NCBI GenBank assembly: GCA_040954595.2
Contig: CM082596.2
Span: forward strand, 966,736-1,030,735
Source: Balanoglossus misakiensis
Taxonomy: Eukaryota; Animalia; Hemichordata
Length of the DNA stretch: 64,000 nucleotides
Reading direction: 5' to 3'
A model generated the notes under the pieces. The model was not told the DNA's origin and ran no database searches. It saw only the letters and a program-made list of their open reading frames with translations. Positions 51,780 through 63,318 of the stretch are shown one piece after another (the stretch's first letter is position 1; each line of letters opens with the position of its first letter). The position numbers were made by a program, and so were the translations under genes.

Positions 51780-54700
51780 TTAGTCTTCCGTTATTTTACT
51801 GCAAATAAAAACATATTAATCATAAATATCAAAACCTTATTCCTTATTATGGTTTGCCTCGCTAGTGATAAGTCCAATTGCTATGATCCATTCTCTGTAA
51901 GTTGCAGCTTTCAGAATATAAAAGACTATAACTATAGCAAACATGTTTATTTTTCCTGATTGTAAATAACTCACCTGTCTTCCACCTGTTTGTTGGATGG
52001 ATAGTAGACTTTGAAACTGAAATCAGTCCTTGGAAATGAACCCTGTAAGGCAAATGACATCAAAGTGTAGCTTTCATGTATACCAAGAAAGTAATGTGAT
52101 CAAAATCTGTAGAAAGTATTCCAATCTTCACCCAGGTAAATTTAGCCATAGTTACAATGAAAAGCTTTTAACCATATATGGTGATATGTAAATTAGGGGT
52201 GATTATATCCCTTTAACAAAGAATGGGTGTAATCATTCTTACCGTATTTGTACAGATGGTGTTGACACTTTCTATCGTAAATGGATCATATTTGTCAGCA
52301 AATACTATCAGATCAGGCAGTGGATAAACACGTAAAGCGTTGTCATAGGCCCAGTATATTGGTGATACATGCAATGGTAACGGACAAAGATGTGCTTGAG
52401 AGACAACAGTCTTCACAAACTGAAAAGGAAGTGAAAACAATATTTATTAGTGCCTTGAGTTTGGTAAAGGACACCCCATGGTTGGCCTTACATCTTGGTC
52501 TTTTGATGGTATGTGCGGGTCAGTCACAGTTCAAGTACCAAAACATGAGAGATGTGTTATACTACTAACATTTGCAGGTATTTCAGAACGGGACTTCGGA
52601 AATCTGACACAATTCCGACACATTTTATTGACAATATCTTCTCGGAACACCACAATTTCTTGAGTACAGTACTGGATTCTGCATGGATTAGTTGTGAAAA
52701 CAGCCGATGGAATTTTCTTCTGGAAGTCTGACGTGATGCTCTGTGGTATTCGTGGCCTGAAAAAAAAATTAAACAGATTAATGTTTTGACTTTAATGAAC
52801 TACCTTAACCCTCTCACCCCCCCCCCCCCCTGAGTTCCCTCGTGTTGGTTTATAATTACCTTGGTAGAATATTGCCTGGCCCAGGATCTTGCATTCCAGG
52901 TACGAAGATAAACTGACTTTTTTCAACTATACTTGGAAACTCTGTGATCATTAATGCCAATTCATGGAGGGATTCTGGCAAAAGAAAAAGAATAATGGTA
53001 ATGGGCATTTGTTTAAATCTACGACTGATATGTTTCGGTGATTCACTTCTTATCTTGACTGCTATATGTTGCTTTGAACTGCAATACTGGCACAGTTGCT
53101 GTATGCTTCCAACATAATCTGAAAGTGAGCCCTCACCTTGCAATATTTTGATATGGTTACTACCATACGGCGTTGATGTAAAATTTCCACAGAAAACAAA
53201 TGCGATAGGTGGCACATCTACAAAGCCTGTAAACAGCGTGTGAAGTTTCTTTCTGACTGAGAGCTGATCCAACCAGACATCAGATAGAAATAGAAACATG
53301 GCATCCTCATTGTTTTCTTCGATTGCTTTGAGTTTACTGGATGTTTTCATTGAACTTGCTGAGTCTCCTCCAAAGAAATTCAGATTTCCAAAATATGCTC
53401 TGAAGAAAAAAAGGCAATTTAGTCAGATAGGTTTCCCTATAATGCAGTGAAGTTAGGTCAATACAGCAAACAGGAGAAAGCCAATCCATTCTGATAGACT
53501 TCCTCTTCCCAAAGTATATCTACCTAGTTGTATCAGCTGGTTCTGGTGGTGCAAATCCAAAAGCACTGACATGGAAGACTTGATCGTCATAGCAACCCTC
53601 AGCCAGTACAAGACAATTCTCAGTGAACAAACCAGTATGGAAATTGGCCTGAGATAAATCCAGCTGTACAGCACCAGTCGGGTCTTCCAAGAAATATTTG
53701 CCTTCTTTCAATTGAGTCAACATTCCTAGTACAATAATATCACCAAGTTTTGATGTGCTACCAAGCAGGTACTCCACTGGTTTCAACTGTTAAGGAAAAC
53801 AAAAACATGGTCGGATCTATTCAAATACACCTGAACAGCCTATGTTCCAAGTTGCACTTCATTGTATAAAGGCTTTAAAGCCAATTGAGAAATGTTCACA
53901 AATGCACAGACACTGTACGGCAAACCTGAAATTTCTTGCTCTGTTCCTCTGAAACGCCCGCCACAACCGGTGTGAACAGATTATGCCGAGATGTCCTCTG
54001 ATGTAAAATGGAATATCTCTCTTTGAACAGTGCAGCTTTGCTGTCAGCGTCACCATGGAGACAGGGAACTGAGGTATCTCTGCAAGAGAATAGTGCTTGA
54101 TGAGCTACGTTGCATGCAATGAAAAATATCCTGTTCTTTTTTGTTGTCTTTACTTCCTGAAGCATGTAAAAACACATCGTCTAAAATGTGTAATCTTTGA
54201 CAACTGAAAAACAACTTACTTGACAAATTTCTTTCTGTCTTGATTATATGTAAATCTTGGAACATCAAATGCACCAATCACATTCAGTGTCTGGCTGACA
54301 TTGTCTGCACTTTCAGCATTGCATTCTTGGATTGCAGATTCTAAAGTTTGCCGATCGATCATGAATGATGATACTGCAAGGAAAAAAGATATTGGCAGCA
54401 CCACATCAACATTTGATATCTGGCCTTTTCAAGGTAAACAGAGACAGTTAGTATCCTGTCTATACACATTTTCAACCCATCTCTTCATTGTCATCTCTAC
54501 TTACATTGTTGTTTTTGAACACTTTCTATAATTCGATCCAGCCAGTCCTCTCTCTCGACTTCACTGACTGGCGTCAAAGCTTCCAATAAAAATTTGCTTC
54601 CATCACTGAAACAAGAAAGGGGACTCTTGATGAAGCTGACAGGCTGTGATGATGAGAGAAACACACACGCTCTAAAATCAACCAGTGATCGCATTGCCCT

Positions 54701-54842
54701 ACAGTGCTTTGATCGCGATCGATTGGTGTTACCAAATGAATTTCAGGATATAGAATAAGATAAAGTTGTAGCCTTACCTCTTCAGTGAAAGCCCATGCAT
54801 TCGAAAGCTTGAAACGATTGTTGATTTTAACTTAGCAGCCAT
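51780..54842 (-). CDS. POLE2: DNA polymerase epsilon subunit 2 (Dpb2)
   Basis: Starts [21 protein letters not shown]. Contains [57 protein letters not shown] and [30 protein letters not shown]. Ends VEDS|KITED* with the stop at 51780-51782. Confidence 0.97.
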
Positions 54843-55038
54843 GTTTTGATTTTGACTTCGCGCCAGTTCATCCCCTCAAATGACCTTTGACACATACGGT
54901 CACATGATGTGTCACCTGACTGAAAATAACACGCACTGGAGTCTAACGCAGTGTTGTGTACACTCTGGAGGTGTGGCCGAATTTGCCTTGTTCTCTACCT
55001 TCTGTTAAACGTCTTAGGAGAAAAAAGATCACGGAAAT
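54843..55038. promoter_or_regulatory. POLE2/CCS bidirectional promoter (196 bp between ATGs)
   Basis: Divergent starts. Contains TTCGCGCC (E2F-like, ~54857), TGACCTtTGACAC (DR1-like, 54881-54893), and GTCACATGAT / GTCACCTGAC E-boxes (~54899-54920). Confidence 0.7.
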
Positions 55039-57492
55039 ATGGCGACTCCAACGAAGGTAAGACACCCTGTCAAGTGTTATGATTTCACGCCAAAACGACC
55101 ACCAAAGTTTCTCCATGATAGAGCCTATTTAGAGGTACATCATATCCGTAAATCACAGGGGTTATCATCCTACACACGTGACAAACAGATATGGCACACA
55201 ACTTAACTGTAGATCATCATCATGTTTATCAAAAATTTTGATGGTAATCGCGATACCACAGATTTTGCTAACTCATGGTCGTAATGTAGTTTACGCTGCC
55301 TCTACTAAAGAGTGCGGACACAGTCTTATTCAAATAACAGTGTAGTAAGTAATAACCATATTAACATTAGATTGATTAAATTAATGTGATAAAATTGACA
55401 CGTGTGTACATGTACATGCATCCCATTGTTTTGTCGCAATGGAAATGCCCAGTTCCGGTGTGTTAGACAATACCAGTACAGACATTCTTCACAGTGCTTG
55501 TTGTACAGACATTGAGTACAAACTACAATACTCAGTTGATTTGATCCCAGTTATCCAAATGTTATTGTTTGCATAGATGGAACTTGCTGTTGAGATGACA
55601 TGTCATCGCTGTGTTCAAGACATCAAGAAAGCATTGGATGGTGTCAAAGGTAATATTTTGGTGAAAATGGATTGTTCATATATTACTTTGGTGTATTGTT
55701 TATTTATTAGAGAATAATTGCTACTTACTTATACAAGTCAACTTTTCCTTGTTGCAGAGATCAAAACTTTAAATATTAACCTGGCAAATGAACAGGTTGT
55801 CATAGAAACCACACTCCCATCATCACAAGTGATTAACATTCTTGAAAGCACCGGAAAAAGAGCAACATTAACAGGTCATGGGTCAACCATACTGGGTAAG
55901 TTCACCGGTTCACTATAGTTATATTGAAATGGTTTGATTGAGAGTTAAATATTTTCCAGGGAATAATAAACAATGTCATGTCATTGACCATCACACAGGT
56001 CAAGTTCACCTCGGTGCAGCAGTGGCTATGCTAGAAGTTGGCCCAGTGAAGGGTGTGGTTCGATATTTACAGGCAACTAAGGACACATGTGTCATTGAAG
56101 GGACATTAGACGGACTGAGCCCTGGAAAACATGGAATTGCAATTCATGAATTGGGAGACTTGTCCAATGGATGTGAAAGGCAAGTAAACTTTATATACCA
56201 AACACCATATCACCAGTACAGTTTACATTTTTGACAGCAAAGTAGGGCCCATCTAAAATAATTAATTAATCTCTCTCTCTTTTAGTTGTGGTGATCATTT
56301 CAATCCATACAATCAGCCACATGGAGGACCTTCAGATAATCAACGGGTAAGTTTTCATATCAACTCTTTTGTTGTATGTGGCCACTTTTATAACATTTCC
56401 AATATGCTGACATATTCCAAAAGATGATTTTTGTTCTATACAAAGCACATCCTTCCTCCAGCAAATATTGCCCATTCACCATCTCTGTATCTCTCACTTG
56501 TATCAGCATGTTGGTGACATGGGAAACATAGAGGCAGATCAAAGTGGCAGAGCTTCTTTCAGAATGGAAGACAAACTCATCAAAGTTTGGGATATTATCG
56601 GTCGATCTCTAGTTGTTCATCACAATGCTGATGATCTTGGTAAAGGCTGCTGTGTGCAATCTAAACTCCATGGCAACGCAGGCCAAGGGTAAGTTGAACT
56701 TTGCACCCTGAGTTACATATTGAATGTCACAAAGTGTTTTCTATTTGCTATTTAGAGATACATGTATTGGAAAGATTAAAAGAAAGACAAAATCCTTGTC
56801 TATTGAGGGCGCTGTGCATTCACATTGTCCCCAGCTCTGGATTGCTATACACTCTATCACATAATACACCCAAAAAAGAAATGGCAGTGCCTGATGCACT
56901 CCAGAGGAAAGTTCATAGTTCTTGCCCTTTTCAGTGAAGAAATGGATACTTCTAAATCACAGATGCAGTGAGACTGTAACTTTTTGAACTGGTCAACCCC
57001 ATAATCCTGGGGCTTAGTATGTCTTGCATATCTTTGAGGGAAGCATTCTAAAAATGTCAGTTATGAGGAAAGAGTTTTCATAGAGGTTTTGTCTATTAAG
57101 TTTATTGTAGATCTAGTGGATTAATAAAACAGATCAAATGAGTGTGAAAGAGACATACAATATGCAGCATATATGACGTGCAGACTTGCCAGCTATGAAA
57201 TTGTATGTGTCTGTCAACAGATGAGCTTGCTCTACTCCACCCTGACATATCACCACGATGTGTTGCAAGACAAACTTACACACCAGTTCAACAAGTGTGT
57301 CGTGTTCACTGAAATTTGATTATTTTTCTGGTTTGATTTGATTTCAGCATTGCCTGTGGCATCATTGCCCGATCTTCAGGTCTCTTCCAAAATCCCAAGA
57401 AATTCTGCAGCTGTGATGGGGTCACCATCTGGGAGGAACGGAATCGACCAATAGCAGGTCCCGGCCGATCACAACCACATTCATCACTCTGA
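55039..57492 (+). CDS. CCS: Copper chaperone for superoxide dismutase, 7 exons
   Basis: Exons 55039-55056, 55577-55649, 55758-55895, 55999-56179, 56286-56346, 56507-56688, 57348-57492. HMA domain MTCHRC, SOD-like domain ([27 protein letters not shown]) and C-terminal [28 protein letters not shown] (CxC). Confidence 0.96.
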
Positions 57493-59323
57493 GAAATGAA
57501 GGGGGCATAACAATCTATGAGAGCATATTTTTTGTCACTTGAAATTAGTAGATTTGTTTTTATGCTAATCAGGATTTATTTTAAATTTGTACATTATGAA
57601 TTATCAAAATCTTATAAGACTGAAATGCAATATTCTTGTGAAATTAATGAAGTATTTTCTTGATAAGTTGCAGTGGAAATTACACATAACTGTCTCTTGC
57701 GTACTTCTATATTTGGCTGAAGGAATGGATTTCATGTCTGGTGATGGATATCTGATATTTTGTTGCTAAATATGCCAGTAATTTCTCTGGGGATCAGTTG
57801 CAATAGAGGCAAGGATTTTATGTGGACGGACATATGGTGGAGGAACTTTACCAAGGGATGTACCATTCGATATGGGGGTGAGATGGACAGGTATTTTGGA
57901 GAACAAATCTCGCCTGCCAGAGGTTGGTTCACGGAGGAATTGAGGGACGAGAAGTTTGTATCCAGTGTGGTTAAAGTTAAAGATTACTTTGAAAGCAGAG
58001 AAAATCTCTGTTTGACCCATTACCTGTGCCACCCAAATCCCTAATGGTTTATTCCAAAATGTGTGCAACGTGTTTTACCCTGAACTGTGGTTAGAAGATG
58101 AACAACCTGTGCTTTAAGGGAAATATTTTGGAGGTTGTAACAGAAATATCTTCAAACTGTTGCACGAGATACACTTGCAGATGTCGAAGCTTGGGCAAGT
58201 TTGACATCAGGACTGTCACTCAGTTCTGTCAGAGAATAAATCAATTTCCTACTATAAATTATGTTTGGAATTATACGACTAGTACATGACATGTCCAAAT
58301 GGAATCTGTCATAGAATTGGAATGTTTGGCATGTTTATATGCAAATATTTGACCTCGACAGTTGTGACAGGTCACATCAAGTTACTTCCGAACATACAAG
58401 CACATGGATGTTTGAAACTGTTTGATTGGCGCAAGATGTGAAATAAAAGATGGTCAACTGAAGTTCAAGTTAAAAGAGGGAGTTGAAAGTTTGGCAATTC
58501 ACACATAAAACTAAGTCTCACACTTTTGTAATGCTACAAAATAACTTTTTATTAAATCTAAATCATGCCATCATGTGCGAATTATTTTCATGGTTAACCG
58601 TAAAGAACCTTACTGTGTAACATTAAAAGTGACCTTACTGAAGTAACCATGGCAACAGTGTTGTCATTGTTACTGTCATGAAATTACTGAAAAATTACAG
58701 TAGGTCTCAAAAACCCTTTTGCACCATATAATGTAAAACATTCTTTAAAAAATTCTTGATTTTCATTTGGGAGGCTGTCGGTCCATAGAGCTCTAAAAAA
58801 ACAACAGGATAAATATAAAATAACCTGTTTTCTATTATATCTCAAGCATAACAATCTAACAGGTAAGAAAGCTATGATAAACTCAGGTGCATGCGTCATC
58901 CATAGATTTACTCAAATAAATAAATAAAACAAAAGTTTGCCTCAATTCTACAAACATCAATGATAATACTGTCTGCATTTAAACTGTTACAATTCATTGT
59001 AACTTGCAAATTAAGCCTTTCTTTTCCTTTACAAGTCGTACACCTCAGTATCGCCTGTCGTTTTATAGTCACCGACATGTCCTTTAATAGTTTGAACTCT
59101 CCAGGATGAGAAATTTCACATTCCACACCCACAATAAGTAGAAAATTCCTGTTGCTCGCGTCTCAGTTTCCCCAGGGGCTGTTTTTGCACATTCTGCTGC
59201 ACATGGTTTGTAAGTTTGTTTGTTACAGCAAATCTACTTTTGAGAATTGAGAATAACTTTGGTCAGTACTGTCACGTGACTCTGTCCGGAGCTGAACGAC
59301 ACGGCGTTGTTGCCATGGCAATG

Positions 59324-60779
59324 CTATTCTGACTTCGTTTCTGTCGCCTTTGTTTCTGCAGTTGTCTTGTGGTGTGTGAGAGACTCTCTTCTTTCGTAGA
59401 CTGGTGTTCCTCCAATGTTTCCGATGATGGGGATGTTGATTCCACCTTCGTATGATTTGATCACACCGGCTTTGTGTGACGTCACCACCTTTCGGCGAAT
59501 CAGCCAAAGGATGAACACCAATATCATAACAATCTCCAGGAACAACATCCTGAAATAGACATGGAAAAGGAAATGAACTATTATTAAAGCAGTTTTGTTT
59601 CGTGTAAGAAATATTGCATGGTGCATTGTGTATGTACATGTAATAGTGCATCAAATCAAGTGTAATCATACAAAGTAAGGAAATCACCAGGTTCAAGAAA
59701 TACATTAAAGATGTAGTCATAGAATAGATAGTCCTTGTTAATTTCAGATGTATTTACTCTTCAAAGCCTTCTGTATCCAATGTCAAGGACAAAGGTCAAA
59801 CAAGGTCAAATGATGGATGTGTTGCCAAGTAGCGTTTTTCAACATGACCATTTGTTATCGCAGAAGACAATCTGTTATTGAGCTGCACGAATTCCGCACG
59901 CGATATCAATATGCGTTGGTTGACCTTATGATGACTCCGGGTCATCCGCGTCTATTTTTAGTAGACATAGAGGATACGTATTAAGAGGCAGTCTACTGTG
60001 GCTGAATATAGACGAGGTTTACATATTTCAATAATCCCCCATTTCTTTTGCGCCACTTCAAACATTTCTGACTATTTTCCAATCAGAGGAAAACATCAAC
60101 AACGTATTATTGTGAAGGTCGTAACATTCTGAAGAAAACAGGAAATTGATGTTGGCTAACGATTTTGAAGAAATACCCGTACATAGCTCAGAATACGTCA
60201 CATGACACTCTCTTGTTTTAATAATAAACTCCAAGAAGGGCGTGGCCCTCGCTATTCCAACACTTTGGGGTTAGGCGTGTATGTTTCTGTTACGAGTTCC
60301 TAAAATAGAAAGCACTTTTTTGGATGACGGAGCACACACATGTTCTGTCTGACTTCAAACACGCACTATGGTGTAAACAACTTTCTCGGGTCAATAACTT
60401 ATAAATAGTGGAATTGGAAAATGTTTACTTCCTCCCAAATGAATGCCAAGAAATCTCTCTGAAATGAAAGATGTGAATGTGCAGCTTCGTCAATGAAATG
60501 AGAAGCAGATCTGGGAGCAGATAATCACAGTACATCTATAAGTACTCATTATTTGTGTTGGAGCACGACCCGAAGTCTCCAGTGGAGAAAAACAAGCAGA
60601 GACTGAGATAAAGATTTACGCGATCACTACAGGTCGCCCTTTTACGAATATAGTAACTCATACAAAAATAAATATCGACATGTGGGCGAAAAATAAATAT
60701 CGACATGTGGGCGACTTATTGGATAAAATGTTTCCCATGGCGTTTCAGAACACACGGACCTTCGTCGATGCCAACACTA

Positions 60780-60823
<44 letters not shown>

Positions 60824-61798
60824 CTCGCAAAGATAGCTAGACATTTCGAAAACAGTATCGGATTACGGATAGTCTTATTCTACTCATCTTTCCAGTCTGT
60901 GGGGTGCTTGACCTAACCATGACCGCGAGTTCTCGTTAAAAACTAACACTGAAAGCATTTCAGAGCTTGATTCATCATTCACGCACGATTTCATTCTTCG
61001 CACGGGTTCTGTTCCAAGCCGAAATCACCCGTGCTTTTTTGTGAAGTATACAGCTACCACGCATTAGAGAATTTCTCAAGCATATAGGGTGATTTGTATA
61101 AACTTGGCTTCTCCAACCCCAAATCTATCCTATTCACGAAGCATTTTCCCACAAACGGTCAACAACTTCGAAAAGTCAAGTGTCCAGTACATGTTGGAGT
61201 CGATAACACAGGCGCTGTTGATGATTATGGACATTCCATTCATTCTTGTAAAGATAAACGCGACACTTTCCGACATTTACAGTTGTGCGAGAAGACAAAA
61301 AACTGCATGAAGTTGACGGTGCATTGTCAGAGAAATTCCATCGGAAATATTCCGATTTTTTATTAAAACTTATCTTATTTCATTGTCACCAAACGATATT
61401 GTAGAGAGAGATTCCAAGATGCATTAATATCAGTTTAAAGTTAAGCTTACCTGCTCTTTGTGGTCTTGGCACAGTAAACCGGAATAAAAAAGCCAATATA
61501 TGGCAAAAAATACTTCTCTCCGGCGTAAAAGTCTAAGAAGATGTCGCACTTTGTTGTACGAAGCTTATATTGTTCTCCTGGTGTTGGAAAACAATCACAA
61601 AACAGTTAAGTTGTATCGATAACGGTCCTGAAGTCGCTGGACCAATAAATTAAAATAATCAAAGATCCTGCGTTACTTCGACCGCGATCCGTATAGTCCG
61701 TACGAAAATAACATCAAAATTTATCTGTTTGTGATTTTGGACGCTCGGTTTTATATTGGAACCGACCCACCGGCAGAAACTGGACTGGTGTCAGACAT
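59324..61798 (-). CDS. Uncharacterised 126-aa small membrane protein, 3 exons
   Basis: Exons 61798-61771 (28 nt, donor gtgggt), 61577-61451 (127 nt, donor gtaagc) and 59549-59324 (226 nt) join in phase without stops: MSDTSPVSAGEQYKLRTTKCDIFLDFYAGEKYFLPYIGFFIPVYCAKTTKSRMLFLEIVMILVFILWLIRRKVVTSHKAGVIKSYEGGINIPIIGNIGGTPVYERRESLTHHKTTAETKATETKSE*. Confidence 0.7.
60664..60713. repeat. Tandem duplication, 2 x 25 bp
   Basis: aaaaataaatatcgacatgtgggcg occurs twice. Confidence 0.9.
60780..60823. repeat. (GAT)n trinucleotide microsatellite
   Basis: About 14 consecutive GAT units in intron 2 of the small membrane protein gene. Confidence 0.95.
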
Positions 61799-62480
61799 GT
61801 GACCAGTAAATGACGATGTTCAGAAGGGTTTGTTCACCGACGTCACATTGAAGACAGTACAACCCCTCGGAAAATGTAATTGGTGTTTTCCAAAGCAGTA
61901 ACACGTCACTTTTGCAACAACATCCAATCGTAAAGTACATAAAATATTTATGAAATCTCGTTGCCATGGCGCTGTCTCAAAGCGATGACCCTTTAACATA
62001 GTTCGAGTGAGGGTCAACTTAAAACAGACACGTTCATTTTCCATTTGATAGGGTCACATCGCCTTTATGCAGACACGTCTTCAAGTATTGTCTGCAGGCG
62101 GTGTCATCATATTCGAGATTCATAATACATTTATGATACACAGCAGTGAAATAGAACATATACCAGTTATACCAGGACCCACATCACAGCACACCATTTC
62201 AACCAGTGTAAAAGTTGAAAAAAAAAGAGATTTATTTTCCAAAATGAATTAATTTACATCAGTGATACATTTCATAATACATAGATACATTTTTTCTCTT
62301 TGTCTGTGGATACATAAAGTTTCAACAATGAAAATCTGGACTTGAGGGTGATCAGAGCGCCGTCAATACTAAATCTATTGCTAGCGTATGTTGCATTTGA
62401 AACTGTATCTCACAAGAAGTGATGATTTAACTTGCTCAAATCATGAGTGGAAATGTCAAGGACAGTGTCACTGAAGACTG

Positions 62481-63318
62481 TTACATGAACTTCTTGGTTC
62501 TTGGTCTTGAAGGCACATCAAACTCAATATAGTTGTAGCCAATTAGCATAAGTATTACAGATACACCTGAAAGAGGGGAAAAAGGATTCAGTAACAATCT
62601 CTGTCAACTTTAAAATTCAAAGATTTAAAATGAAGTTTTCAGTGTATGATAAGACTAGTTTTTCATCTTACCTGCGACTAATATTGGAGTAATCACACCT
62701 ATTTCAACAGCTCCACTTTTGTACACAAATACTTCCAGTAGAAAATGACCCAAGGCTATGATAAACGATATCAGTGTTAAATTATAAATCCTACAAAAGA
62801 AAGAAATGTGAACATGAATAAGTAAGTCAATCCGAAGTTTCATAGAGGTGTTCACAACTATCATGCAGTCACACATCAATGCTCCTGGGGGCGCTGTTGA
62901 CAGTTGGTGCATGAAGATACAGAACTTACGGTTTACATGTTATGTAAGCTGCTCCAAAAAATCTTACAAAGGCAGCTAGAAGTGTCCAGACCCCAAATAA
63001 CCTTGACATCAATGGATTGACTAAAAAGAAATAAAAGTAGAAAGAAAAGACAATCTGTTTAATCAGCAATCATGTGGACTCAATTCACACCTCTGTGGTA
63101 TCACTTATGTTTAATTGAGTAAGCAATACTTAATTATTATCGAGTCAACCAAAATCTCAAGAATGCACAGGCCAGAATTACTCACCAAAGTTGGGTTGAA
63201 CTGTATAGAGTCTAGCTGGGACAGATTGACTGACAAAACATTGTATAGTACTTCCAAAAGCCATGACTGCTACCAAGCAGATCCAACCCCTAAGAACCCT
63301 CTCCATATTCAGTGCCAT
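62481..63318 (-). CDS. ERG28: Ergosterol biosynthesis 28 homolog (C14orf1), 4 coding exons
   Basis: Exons 63318-63186, 63020-62929, 62791-62672 and 62567-62481 give VLRGWICLVAVMAFGSTIQCF...RLYTVQPNFVNPLMSRLFGVWTLLAAFVR...IYNLTLISFIIALGHFLLEVFVY...GVITPILVAG. A probable non-coding upstream exon has its donor at ~63465. Confidence 0.93.

Noticed and set aside
54451-54457. GTATCCT resembling a U12-type 5' splice site in POLE2
   Set aside because: It is on the strand opposite POLE2. The reconstructed POLE2 introns have ordinary GT-AG U2-type donors.
57760-58044. 94-aa ORF downstream of CCS
   Set aside because: Non-ATG start, no recognisable domain or splice partners; probably 3'UTR or repeat-derived.
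60680-60916. ORF with a poly-Asp tract
   Set aside because: Produced by the (GAT)n microsatellite and the 25-bp duplication inside an intron.
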